64,000 nucleotides of DNA, taken from a virus. Its lineage: Duplodnaviria; Caudoviricetes. Below are positions 16,448 through 25,701 of the stretch, in pieces. The notes beneath the pieces were generated by a model, which was not told the DNA's origin, ran no database searches, and saw nothing but the letters and a program-made list of their open reading frames with translations. A program made the translations under genes and the position numbers. The stretch spans positions 7,694 through 71,693 of the IMG/VR virus record IMGVR_UViG_3300037837_000037; one strand, given 5' to 3'. Each line of letters starts with the position of its first letter. The stretch's first letter is position 1.

Positions 16448-17468
16448 ATACGGAGCACCTGAAGAACTAGTAAGAGCCGCTTCATACGATGATCACGTTA
16501 CAAAAGGTGATATATCGGTAACAACTTTAATAGGCTCTCCTAGAGTGCGTATGTTAAAGCAAAAGAACGAAGTGGAGGAAGACATTAACGACCATGTGTT
16601 TATGTTGTTAGGAACTGCGTTTCATAGTTTAATGGAGACAGGTACTTATACTCATAGAGATTATGAAACATGTAAGTTTGCATACCAAGCATTAAAGAGA
16701 ATGGGTATGGATGATCTAGCTAAGCAAGTAGCTAAAGCAGCTAAAGATAAGTTCCCTGATGAACAAGTAGGTAAAACTATATTCCCAGAAAGGACATTAA
16801 CATTAGATGTTACCCAAGTAAGTAGTGTTGATAATAAAGAGTACACTTATAAAGTGAGTGGAACACAAGATTATTATAATGCTCCCGCAAAATTATTACG
16901 TGACTACAAAGTATGTAACGTAAATAAGTACAAAGAAGATGAGCACATAGAATGGGAACGTCAACAAAACATATACGCTCACATGTTAAGAAACATTGGG
17001 TGCGAAGTAGAGAAGATTGAAATACTTGCAATGTTCAGGAATTGGGGAAAGATGAACTACATCATGAACGCTAAAAAATCAGGAGCAAGATACCCTAATT
17101 CAGTATTCAAAATTATACCGTTAAGAGTTTGGTCCCCTGAAGAATGTGAAGAGTACATTAGAGCAAGAGTAAAGGTACACTTTGAAGCTAGTCAACAAGA
17201 TAAAGTACCTTTGTGTTCGTTTTCAGAAAGGTGGGCTAATCCAGATGTATATGCTGTAATATCTGACAATAGAAAACATGCTGCAAAGAAATGTTATAGC
17301 AAAGCTGCTGCGGAGAAATGGATAGAAGAAAACAAATCAAAAGTTGTTAATCCTAAAATAGAATATAGAATAGAGGTAGGGTTTAAATGTAACTTCTATT
17401 GCAGTGTTGCTAAGTTTTGTAAGCAAAAGAAAGATAGAGAAACTTATATTGAAAATAGTAAAAAGTAA
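16425..17468 (+). CDS. PD-(D/E)XK exonuclease with C-terminal Cys cluster (Cas4/RecB-like)
   Basis: LLGTAFH, SGTQD, LRDYK, QQNIYAHML; C..CxxxCxxxxxC. Confidence 0.8.
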   Translation: MGIKLTNKYGAPEELVRAASYDDHVTKGDISVTTLIGSPRVRMLKQKNEVEEDINDHVFMLLGTAFHSLMETGTYTHRDYETCKFAYQALKRMGMDDLAKQVAKAAKDKFPDEQVGKTIFPERTLTLDVTQVSSVDNKEYTYKVSGTQDYYNAPAKLLRDYKVCNVNKYKEDEHIEWERQQNIYAHMLRNIGCEVEKIEILAMFRNWGKMNYIMNAKKSGARYPNSVFKIIPLRVWSPEECEEYIRARVKVHFEASQQDKVPLCSFSERWANPDVYAVISDNRKHAAKKCYSKAAAEKWIEENKSKVVNPKIEYRIEVGFKCNFYCSVAKFCKQKKDRETYIENSKK

Positions 17469-17472
17469 AATT

Positions 17473-17850
17473 ATGAAAAAATTTAAAGATTTATCAATAG
17501 GAGATATTATATATGTTATTAGAAAAAATAACATAAACCATTCAGAAGGCTTTTTTGTTGAGATTAAGGTAACAGATTTAAGTTTAAGTAGTGAAGGTAT
17601 CTTACTAGTTAATAGGAACGAGTATAGCGGGAAGTATATATTGACAATATCTAAAACAGTTCAAAAACAATCTACTTATAATTACGACGGTCTTCTTTAT
17701 ATAACTAACAAAGAAGAGCTGAAGCCTTTCGTTGTGAAACTTGTAATTGAAGAGATAAAACATCAAGAAGAGTCAGTGCCTAAGGCAATTGAAAGAGCAA
17801 AGAAAAATATAGAAGAGTTAAGAAAATGTTATTGGGAGTACTTAAATTAA
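17473..17850 (+). CDS. hypothetical protein
   Basis: start reassigned to the ATG at 17473 (MKKFKDLSIGD) just after the upstream stop. Confidence 0.7.
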   Translation: MKKFKDLSIGDIIYVIRKNNINHSEGFFVEIKVTDLSLSSEGILLVNRNEYSGKYILTISKTVQKQSTYNYDGLLYITNKEELKPFVVKLVIEEIKHQEESVPKAIERAKKNIEELRKCYWEYLN

Positions 17851-17855
17851 AGATT

Positions 17856-18041
17856 ATGGCAAACAATACGATTATAGACAATAGAGTGGTTTTAAAAACA
17901 AGATCTTTAGGTCCAACAGAATCTCCTAGCATAACACAAGACCTAAAAACAGTACTAGCTAATTTAGTAGCACTTACTACTACAGACCATAGCGGGTTAG
18001 CTAAAGAATCAGTTAAAATATTAAATAAGTATATAAAATGA
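17856..18041 (+). CDS. small hypothetical protein
   Basis: start reassigned to the ATG at 17856. Confidence 0.6.
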   Translation: MANNTIIDNRVVLKTRSLGPTESPSITQDLKTVLANLVALTTTDHSGLAKESVKILNKYIK

Positions 18042-18244
18042 CAGCTAAAGAAATAAATGAAGAGATAAATAAAACTCTCGCTAACCCCGCTTATTTCGCT
18101 GAGAAGTATTGCTGTGTTATAAACGGAAAAGGAGAAACCAAGAAGATGAATTTAACACAGTATCAAAAGAAGATACTTGAGGATTTATTTATAAAAGGAT
18201 CGACAGTTATAGGTTTTAAGAAAGGATTAGGTAAAAATGGATAA
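18038..18244 (+). CDS. 68-aa protein resembling the N-terminal ATPase segment of a T4-gp17-type terminase
   Basis: YFAEKYC, LTQYQKKIL and GLGK align by eye with the recalled T4 gp17 [16 protein letters not shown] and QLGK. Confidence 0.55.
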   Translation: MTAKEINEEINKTLANPAYFAEKYCCVINGKGETKKMNLTQYQKKILEDLFIKGSTVIGFKKGLGKNG

Positions 18245-19700
18245 TAAACAAAGAACAATGAGCGAGTTAAACAGAAAAGAGTCAGGAATGAAAATCATAT
18301 CCGCAGAATTAAACAACTTTCAATCACTATCTCACAAGGTAGTTGACATACAAGGAAAGAGTATTGTTGTAGTAGGAAAGAATGGAGGTAGTAAATCTAC
18401 TATCTTACGTGCAATCCAATCACCGATTAACAGTGTAGTAGTACCTACTAAAGCAATCAAAGATGGGGAGGAATCAGCACACATTAAACTAGTTATCAAA
18501 GGTGACTTAGATGGAGAAGATAAGACTTTCAAATACATGATGTCTTTTTCCGAAAGCAATCAAAAAGGTAGCGTATCAGTAATAGATGAAGAAGGTAATA
18601 AGATAACCAACAAATCTATGCAACGTGACATTATAGGAGATGTTAGCTTTGATGTAGATGAGTTTATCAGGTTAGGAGTTACAAGCAGTGGTAAGATCAG
18701 TCAAACGGGATTAAAAGAACAAGTAGAAGTACTTAGGCAATTTTTAACTGATGAAGAAAAACAAAACTTGCAAGACCTGGATAATGAATACAAGTCCAAG
18801 TTTGAAGAAAGAGCTGACACCAATAAGACTGTAAAGATTCTTAAAGCTAATTTAAGCGATGCTACGGACATTACAGAAGAAGAAGTTGTAAAGTATAAGG
18901 AGGATAAGAGTAAGGAGTTAGAGGAGGTGAGTGAGAAGCTTATGAATATGGCTGATAGTGTTGTTAAATATGAAAACAACAAAAGGAAATTCTTAGAGAA
19001 TAAAGAATGGTTAACTAAGTATTCTAACACCCCGCTTTGGTTACACGCTTGTGTTACATGTATAAAAGAATTGAGTGCTAATGGACACCCTGATGATGCT
19101 AACTTGAGGTCGTTAACAGAATACGCTGACTTCATGCAAAATGAAAGCACTATAGTAGAAATTAAAACTGATGAGCAAACAGAACTTAAAGCATGGTTTA
19201 AAGCAAACAAAGAACCTAAACAAGACGAATTAAAAGCTAAACAATCTGAACTTAGTGAGTATGTTAAAAAATATACTGCAATTAAAGAAGTAGTTGTTAA
19301 GCATAGTGAAATCACTAAACAAGAAGCTAAATCTAAAAAGTTTACCAAGAGATTAAAAGCTATTCAAGACGAGAAGAAGAAGTCTTTTGAAACTAGTAAG
19401 TTACCAGTAAAAGGATTATCGTTTGATGAAGAAGGAGTATACTACAAAGGTTTACCATTTAACGGGGATCATCATCCAAGTAGTACTATCATCGCAGTTG
19501 GTGTTCAATTAGCTATTGCAATGAATCCTAACCTAAAATGTATATTCATTAAAGATGGTAGTTTATTTGACAAAGAAACATTTGCAAGAGTACTTAAATT
19601 CGTAGAGAGGAACGGGTATCAATTGTTTATTGAAATGGTAGACTGGAACGCTGGTAGTGATGCTGAAGTGAAGTTTGCAGAACAGTTTATTAATAAGTAA
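18237..19700 (+). CDS. SMC/RecN/SbcC-like AAA ATPase with long coiled coil
   Basis: N-terminal GKNGGSKST P-loop, central coiled coil, C-terminal IFIKDGSLFD (Walker B-like). Confidence 0.8.
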   Translation: MDNKQRTMSELNRKESGMKIISAELNNFQSLSHKVVDIQGKSIVVVGKNGGSKSTILRAIQSPINSVVVPTKAIKDGEESAHIKLVIKGDLDGEDKTFKYMMSFSESNQKGSVSVIDEEGNKITNKSMQRDIIGDVSFDVDEFIRLGVTSSGKISQTGLKEQVEVLRQFLTDEEKQNLQDLDNEYKSKFEERADTNKTVKILKANLSDATDITEEEVVKYKEDKSKELEEVSEKLMNMADSVVKYENNKRKFLENKEWLTKYSNTPLWLHACVTCIKELSANGHPDDANLRSLTEYADFMQNESTIVEIKTDEQTELKAWFKANKEPKQDELKAKQSELSEYVKKYTAIKEVVVKHSEITKQEAKSKKFTKRLKAIQDEKKKSFETSKLPVKGLSFDEEGVYYKGLPFNGDHHPSSTIIAVGVQLAIAMNPNLKCIFIKDGSLFDKETFARVLKFVERNGYQLFIEMVDWNAGSDAEVKFAEQFINK

Positions 19701-19712
19701 ATTCACATCATT

Positions 19713-19931
19713 ATGACAGAAGAAATAAACCCTGACGCATGGTATTTAAGCCATGAATTTAGAAAAGGAAATAGTGGATTTAAAGTACGAACCTACACTG
19801 GTAAAGTAGGTCGTACTCACCACGATAAAGGATTGGTTGATAAAAGGATGCCAGTATACATTGAAGGGTTAAAACTCCCTATGTTATGTGATCCAGATAC
19901 CCTTACCTTGATTGAGGTCCTAGAAGATTAA
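19713..19931 (+). CDS. hypothetical protein
   Basis: 72-aa ORF. Confidence 0.65.
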   Translation: MTEEINPDAWYLSHEFRKGNSGFKVRTYTGKVGRTHHDKGLVDKRMPVYIEGLKLPMLCDPDTLTLIEVLED

Positions 19932-19954
19932 TAGAAGATAAAAGAAAAGCAGAA

Positions 19955-21763
19955 ATGAAGATAACGTTAAGTAAAGACGGCAAGAGACTATTGCTCCAAA
20001 AACACTTCTCCGATGAGGAACTGTTAACAGCAGAATGTCTTGATATGACTGTCAAAGACAAAGGAAAGGTAGTAGTAGATATTCGTATAACATGCAAAGC
20101 AGCTCTATTAAAGTTCGCTAAGTATGTTGACCGTAACTTAATGGATAATCCATATAACGAAGACAAGAAGAAAGTCTTTGTTGATACTATCAGGAACTTA
20201 TACATTACAGATGCTAAAGAGTTTGTAGCTAAGTATTCTCCCGCAACTTTATACAGTGACGTAGGTGATGGTAAAAAGAAACTTAAACCATATCAAGCAG
20301 AAGCTTTATGGGCGTTCAGGAATAGACAATTCAACCTTTGCGCTTTTGAACAAGGACTCGGTAAAACACTATTCGCAGCTTCATTAACTAAAATCTTTAA
20401 ACTTAAACGTACACTAATCATTTGCCCGTCACTTACTAAATGGAATTGGTATACTGATCTTACTGAAGACTGGGGATTTAACCCTTTGTTCTTTACACTG
20501 CTGGACCGAGATAAGTCCATGTTCAGTGTAATGAGCGAATCATTTGTAATAGTAAACTACGAAAGTATAGTAAAGTACTACGAACACATAGTTAAAGCAG
20601 ATGTTAATCATATTATTATTGACGAAGCGCATTATGTAAAAAATAGTTCTACAAATAAATATAAGAACGTAAGTAAATTAATAAAGAAGTTTCCTAAAGC
20701 AAGAGTTACGTTTTTAACTGGTACTCCGATTAAGAACAGAATAACAGATGTATTCGCTTTATTAAAACTTAGTGGACACCCAATGGGTAAGAACTTCGTA
20801 GAGTTCAAAAGAAGGTATGCTAGAGGTAATGGCCAAAAGATTACAGGTGTAAAGAACGTGCCTGACTTTAGATTAAAGTTATCTAATTGGATACTTAGAA
20901 AGAAAGCAGAAGAAGAATTAGATTTACCAGAACTTAGAATCAAAAGGTACTTCTTTGAAATGAATGACGAGAGTACTAAAAAGTATCAAGAGTTAGTCAG
21001 GGAAATGTATGAAGCTCAAAAAGAAGCTACTGAATTAGGTATTGAGTTAGAGCAATTGAAAGCTGACTTAGCTACTCCAGGAATGGAAGGGATGACTATG
21101 AAGAGGTCAAGGTTAGTATATGTAAGGAATGCTAAAAAGAAAGCTACAATGAAGAGTAGAGGGAACATAATGACCCTTAACAGAGTGTGTAGTGAATCTA
21201 AAATACCAAGTGTAATCAAGTTAGTCAAATCTTTAAACGATCAAGGAGAGAAGGTGATAGTGTTTAGTTTCTTTAAGACTGTGCTTAATCAATTAAAAGA
21301 TCAGTTAGGTAATAGCGCAGTATTGATAGATGGAAGTGTAAGCAGTATGAAGAGGAGGAATAGGATTGATAAATTTAAGAAGAAGACAGATGTAACGGTG
21401 TTCCTTGGTCAAGTAATAGCTGCTGGTATTGGTATTAACTTAGTTAATGCTAGGAAGGTAATATTTATGGATATGGGATTCACCCCCGATTTATTAGAAC
21501 AACCATACAAACGTGCTCATAGAATGGGGCAAACTAGAGATGTGGAGGTAATGTATACAATGATACCAGATAGTATTGACGAAAGGATATATAGACTTAT
21601 TGAAGGGAAGACGGATGATATTAATTCTGCTATTGATCACAAAAAAGCGGGAGTAGTACAATATGGTTCTTTAGAGAAGAAGTTGTTTAAGTCACTGATA
21701 TTAGATTACGAAAAGAAGAACAGTATTGCCAAAACTATCACCAATAGATTTGAAAAGGTATGA
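19955..21763 (+). CDS. SNF2-family helicase
   Basis: LKPYQ, FEQGLGKT, IIDEAH, LTGTPIKN, GIGINL, QPYKRAHRMGQ. Confidence 0.92.
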   Translation: MKITLSKDGKRLLLQKHFSDEELLTAECLDMTVKDKGKVVVDIRITCKAALLKFAKYVDRNLMDNPYNEDKKKVFVDTIRNLYITDAKEFVAKYSPATLYSDVGDGKKKLKPYQAEALWAFRNRQFNLCAFEQGLGKTLFAASLTKIFKLKRTLIICPSLTKWNWYTDLTEDWGFNPLFFTLLDRDKSMFSVMSESFVIVNYESIVKYYEHIVKADVNHIIIDEAHYVKNSSTNKYKNVSKLIKKFPKARVTFLTGTPIKNRITDVFALLKLSGHPMGKNFVEFKRRYARGNGQKITGVKNVPDFRLKLSNWILRKKAEEELDLPELRIKRYFFEMNDESTKKYQELVREMYEAQKEATELGIELEQLKADLATPGMEGMTMKRSRLVYVRNAKKKATMKSRGNIMTLNRVCSESKIPSVIKLVKSLNDQGEKVIVFSFFKTVLNQLKDQLGNSAVLIDGSVSSMKRRNRIDKFKKKTDVTVFLGQVIAAGIGINLVNARKVIFMDMGFTPDLLEQPYKRAHRMGQTRDVEVMYTMIPDSIDERIYRLIEGKTDDINSAIDHKKAGVVQYGSLEKKLFKSLILDYEKKNSIAKTITNRFEKV

Positions 21764-22206
21764 AAGGATTTAAAAGTAAAGTAGAAGCTATTGCTAAGAT
21801 TTTAAAGCATGATGGTAGTCCTAAAACTCCTTATGTGTTAAACGATGTTAATTTAGAAGAGTTTCAAATCAAAATGCACGAGTTTATTGAGAATTATACA
21901 TACTTTAACCAAGACAAAAATGTAGTTAAAGCTTCAGAGATATTAAGCGAGATGTTTATATATATTTTACTAACAGCAAAAAGACAAGGACTGACAGAGG
22001 TGTTTGATGAAGTGACTAACTTAGTGTGTGATGATGTAATAGGAGGTGAGATACAAGAAGATAGTGGGCATAGGATACCTGTTGTATCTCAAGGGAACCA
22101 AAGAATAATAAATTTAGATACTGAAGAACCAGAAACGTTTAGTGTTCATATTGATAAAGTGATATATGAAGCTATGGGAGGTGGTGATGTTGATTTAACG
22201 TTTTAA
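21760..22206 (+). CDS. hypothetical protein, possible degenerate MazG-like fold
   Basis: EFIEN..DKNVVKASEILSEMFIYILLTA...GL.EVFDEV resembles the helical pattern of MazG/PRA-PH proteins. Confidence 0.35.
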   Translation: MKGFKSKVEAIAKILKHDGSPKTPYVLNDVNLEEFQIKMHEFIENYTYFNQDKNVVKASEILSEMFIYILLTAKRQGLTEVFDEVTNLVCDDVIGGEIQEDSGHRIPVVSQGNQRIINLDTEEPETFSVHIDKVIYEAMGGGDVDLTF

Positions 22207-22208
22207 CA

Positions 22209-22436
22209 ATGAAAGAGCAATACGTATACTTATTAAAGTTCAATGACATATTCTTAGATGATCAAGTTTGGTGGGATATAGAAGAAATGTTAACCTCTCC
22301 TGATGTTCCTTATATAATCCCCCGAAAAAAGGTGATGGAGCAGTTAAATAAAAGTGATTGGTGTTTAGTTGAAATAAAAGAAGCTGGGTTAGGAGTTAAT
22401 CCATTAATAGTAATAATAAAAATAAAAGTGAAATGA
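22209..22436 (+). CDS. hypothetical protein
   Basis: 75-aa ORF. Confidence 0.65.
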   Translation: MKEQYVYLLKFNDIFLDDQVWWDIEEMLTSPDVPYIIPRKKVMEQLNKSDWCLVEIKEAGLGVNPLIVIIKIKVK

Positions 22437-22903
22437 CAAAGAAAAAAGCACCGTTGAAAGCGGTAAAAAAGGAAAAAGAAGAAGATCAAGATGCAATTAA
22501 CTTGTTTGATTTAAAGTTTAAAGACACTCCTGATGTAGTGCAAAGATTGTACAACAGTTTCATGAAGTTAGGTTCGTTTGATAAAGAAGCTTACAACGAA
22601 GTGAAAAAGAAACACAAAGAGTATATTACTCCCGATATTGAATTGGCTTACAAATACAATTCTGTTCCTGAAACTGTAAAAGCTGATTATGATTTAAAAT
22701 TAAAAGCAGCTAAGAGTAAAATATTTAAAGATGTAATCTTCCCAGCAGAAGGGAATGATGAATACTTAAAGAATCCAGAGAAGTATACTGATTTTGATAA
22801 AGCTAAAAAGGTTTGGGATACTAGGTCAAGAGCATTGTTCAATAAGACTTTTAAAGATTACAAAATTAGAATTAATAAACAAGGTGTAATAAAATCAGTA
22901 TGA
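22433..22903 (+). CDS. hypothetical protein
   Basis: 156 aa, ATGA-coupled. Confidence 0.7.
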   Translation: MTKKKAPLKAVKKEKEEDQDAINLFDLKFKDTPDVVQRLYNSFMKLGSFDKEAYNEVKKKHKEYITPDIELAYKYNSVPETVKADYDLKLKAAKSKIFKDVIFPAEGNDEYLKNPEKYTDFDKAKKVWDTRSRALFNKTFKDYKIRINKQGVIKSV

Positions 22904-23673
22904 GAACATTCAACCAAGGAGATAACACACTAGTATGGATTGATTTAGAAACTACTGGTGTAGATATATCAACAGATAAGATAGTGCAAGTAGCAGCTAT
23001 CAGAGTAAAGCCTAATGGCAAGATAGCTAAGAAAACATGGTTAGTTAATCCAGGTATTCCGATACCAGCAGAAGCAACAGCTATACATGGTATTACAGAT
23101 GAAATGGTAAAGGATCAACCTACATTTGATAGAATTGCACAAACAGTAGCTAGTGCTATTGGAGAACATGTAATATGCGGGTACAACATTGACAGGTTTG
23201 ATTTACCACTTCTAAGAAGAGAAATGTACGATGGAGGTGTTAGGTTCCATAAGGACCATGAAACAGTCACATTAGATGTAATGAAGTTAGTTGGTAAACT
23301 ATTCAGTAGGAAGTTAGGTGCTATGTACGAAAGATATGTAGGTGAAGAGTTAGTAGATAGTCATGATGCTTATGAAGATGCTAAAGCAACTATGATTCTA
23401 TTAGGAGAAATGATTAAGCAAGAAGAGGGTGTTCCCCAAGATTTGAAAGGTATCAAAGAGTTTTACTACGATGAAAAAAGGGATAAGAATAACCATTACG
23501 ATTCTGTAGGTAAACTTATTAAAGATGATCAAGGTAGGATATGCTTTAACTTTGGAGCGCATAAAGGTAAACCTGTAGATACAGAACCTAGTTACGCTAA
23601 ATGGATGATAGGTAAAGCTAAAGACTTCCCTGCTGATACAATTGAAATAGTAAAAACTGAAATAAAGTGGTAA
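22900..23673 (+). CDS. DEDDh 3'-5' exonuclease (DnaQ/ExoX-like)
   Basis: IDLETTG, IHGIT, GYNIDRFD, HDAYEDA; C-terminal FNFGAHKG..Y..W module. Confidence 0.92.
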   Translation: MRTFNQGDNTLVWIDLETTGVDISTDKIVQVAAIRVKPNGKIAKKTWLVNPGIPIPAEATAIHGITDEMVKDQPTFDRIAQTVASAIGEHVICGYNIDRFDLPLLRREMYDGGVRFHKDHETVTLDVMKLVGKLFSRKLGAMYERYVGEELVDSHDAYEDAKATMILLGEMIKQEEGVPQDLKGIKEFYYDEKRDKNNHYDSVGKLIKDDQGRICFNFGAHKGKPVDTEPSYAKWMIGKAKDFPADTIEIVKTEIKW

Positions 23674-24851
23674 ACATGAAAATAACAGTAAACAGAATAG
23701 CAGTACTAAAAGCACTAATACCATGCAGTACAATTGTAGCAAAGAAGTCTACACTACCAATCATTGACAACGTGCTAATTGAAGGAGTTGGTAATAAACT
23801 AAACTTCAGAACCACATCACTTAGTACAGAGGTAATGTCGTATGCTAAAACAGAAGATTCAGTAGAAGGATTTAGATGCCTTATGCCGTGTGCTTTACTC
23901 CTTAATGCAATAAAGTCTATCAGGACTGAAGATGTTACTTTAAGAGTGAAAGAAAAGGAAGCTGGAGGTAGTACATTGCATATCAAAACTAAAAAAGGGA
24001 ACATGAAGATTGAAGGAGTTCCAGAAGAAGGATTCCCAGTCACTAAGTTTAAAAAGATTGATCACTATGCTACAATATCTAATAATAAGATATTTGATAG
24101 TATCAAAGATAGTCTTTCGTTCATCCAAGCAAATGATACTAGACCCGCACTTACATGTTTGTCACTAAAACTTTTGAAAGATGCTTTAACGATTACAGCA
24201 ATGAGTTCAACTCATGGAGGTAAAATAGAAATGAAAAACATATCTAACTCCGATGAAGTAGAATTTGATATAGTAGTGCAAAAACAACTAATCGCTAGTT
24301 TCTTTAACATTGAATTAGAAGGTCCATTTAAGATATTCGTAAACGAAGATATACTGATTATTAAAAACAGTACAGTAATGTTTATTTGTGACTTATTCAC
24401 AGAGTTAAAGTTCCCTAATGTTGATCCTATATATGCTCAAAAAGAAGCTGGTTCGTTCGTTGTTAACCCTAAAGAGTTAATTGATAGTGTGAATAGAGTT
24501 TGTAATTTAAGTGCAGTAGAAGAGAAGGGAGGACGTACATTAACATTCAGTATCAAAGAAGGTATGTCAGGTGTTGAAGTTTCTTCAGAAAGTTATTTAG
24601 GATCTAGTGATGAAATGAATGATATTATCAGTGATGATACTAAAGGAGGTAATTTAACTCAAGATATTAATATCAGATTAAACGCTATTTATTTACAAAG
24701 TATTTTACAGTGTTGTGATACCGAACTGTTAAATTGTCATGCACAAAGAATAGAAGGAGTATACAACAAACCAATATTTTTTACTTATGATGTAAAAAGT
24801 AATGGAGATACTACTGAAGAAAAAGAATTTGTACTAATGCCAATGATGTAA
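23667..24851 (+). CDS. dnaN: DNA polymerase III beta sliding clamp
   Basis: KSTLPIIDNVLIE, TTSLS, EGFP, DTRPALT, KFPNVD..., LNAIYL..IL, FVLMPM; probable start at ATG 23676. Confidence 0.88.
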   Translation: MVNMKITVNRIAVLKALIPCSTIVAKKSTLPIIDNVLIEGVGNKLNFRTTSLSTEVMSYAKTEDSVEGFRCLMPCALLLNAIKSIRTEDVTLRVKEKEAGGSTLHIKTKKGNMKIEGVPEEGFPVTKFKKIDHYATISNNKIFDSIKDSLSFIQANDTRPALTCLSLKLLKDALTITAMSSTHGGKIEMKNISNSDEVEFDIVVQKQLIASFFNIELEGPFKIFVNEDILIIKNSTVMFICDLFTELKFPNVDPIYAQKEAGSFVVNPKELIDSVNRVCNLSAVEEKGGRTLTFSIKEGMSGVEVSSESYLGSSDEMNDIISDDTKGGNLTQDINIRLNAIYLQSILQCCDTELLNCHAQRIEGVYNKPIFFTYDVKSNGDTTEEKEFVLMPMM

Positions 24852-25066
24852 TGAAAAACGTAATCAAAGGTTTCGCAAACTTAGCTGTAGGGAACCAGGA
24901 AGAGTTAAGTAAGGAAAGAATAGATATTTGCAAGACTTGTGATATAAGTAAAGGTGCTGGTCAAATATTTAATAATTGGTGCAATGGTGATAACGGAGGT
25001 TGCGGATGTTACCTTCCTGCTAAAACTAGAGTGCCTAATGAAAAATGTCCTAAAGGAAAATGGTAA
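24851..25066 (+). CDS. small Cys-rich protein
   Basis: CKTC...C..CGCYLPAKTR...CPKGKW. Confidence 0.7.
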   Translation: MKNVIKGFANLAVGNQEELSKERIDICKTCDISKGAGQIFNNWCNGDNGGCGCYLPAKTRVPNEKCPKGKW

Positions 25067-25077
25067 AAAGATAAATT

Positions 25078-25533
25078 ATGGAAAAATATTATACACCAAA
25101 AATAGAAGAGTTTCATGTTGGGTTTGAGTATCAATATAACAACGCTTCAACAAGACCAAAAGAAGAGCAAGAGTGGTCTGACACGAAAACAGCTTCTGGC
25201 ATGGCTATAGAATCTGCTGAATACGATATGTCAGACCAGCCTCCAGAAAACGAAAGAGAGGCTAGGAGAAACGGATTTAGAGTCAAACACCTAGACCGTG
25301 AGGATATTGAGAGTTTTGGGTTTTTCGCTGCAACAAGTAGCGGTATGGCTAATAGTTATGGAAAGCGAGATTCTAAAAACGAATTAAGGTTTGTGCTTCA
25401 TGAACAACATCAAGATAAAACTATTAAAATAGAGTGTGTGTTGTATTACGATGCAGGGAAAAGAACAATATTTGAAGGCACTATTAAAAACAAATCAGAA
25501 CTTAAACGATTACTAAAACAATTAGGGATATGA
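25078..25533 (+). CDS. hypothetical protein of a family I recall from Bacteroidota phages
   Basis: KYYTPKIEEFHVGFEY...RVKHLDREDIESFGF...FEGTIKNKSELKRLLKQLGI. Confidence 0.75.
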   Translation: MEKYYTPKIEEFHVGFEYQYNNASTRPKEEQEWSDTKTASGMAIESAEYDMSDQPPENEREARRNGFRVKHLDREDIESFGFFAATSSGMANSYGKRDSKNELRFVLHEQHQDKTIKIECVLYYDAGKRTIFEGTIKNKSELKRLLKQLGI

Positions 25534-25700
25534 ACGCAATGATGATTATAATATTTGGACTAGCAACAATTAGAACGCTAGTACCTTTAGCTAAAAAAGA
25601 AAACTTTACTTTTGGAAGTATCGCATTAGCCACAACTATGTGCTGGGCTTACTATCACCTATTGGTAAACTGTGCTACCATAACTTTTAGTGTAGGATAA
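25530..25700 (+). CDS. 56-aa membrane protein (not in ORF track)
   Basis: hand translation gives two hydrophobic segments; ATGA overlap with the upstream gene. Confidence 0.55.
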   Translation: MNAMMIIIFGLATIRTLVPLAKKENFTFGSIALATTMCWAYYHLLVNCATITFSVG

Positions 25701-25701
25701 T

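Noticed and set aside
16425-17468. Cas4-like gene as part of a CRISPR system
   Set aside because: There is no array or cas1/cas2; the context (SMC-like ATPase, helicase, SSB) fits a phage recombination exonuclease.
18225-18244. Programmed -1 frameshift fusing the mini-terminase to the SMC-like ATPase
   Set aside because: The overlap has only A5 (GGTAAAAATGG), not an X XXY YYZ heptamer; ordinary translational coupling explains it.
18701-19348. 215-aa antisense ORF, and the many similar antisense or nested ORFs in the track (e.g. 10216..10569, 11586..11963, 23618..24043, 32278..32640, 45280..45510)
   Set aside because: They are L/S/F-rich shadows of well-supported genes on the opposite strand, with no motifs or expression signals.
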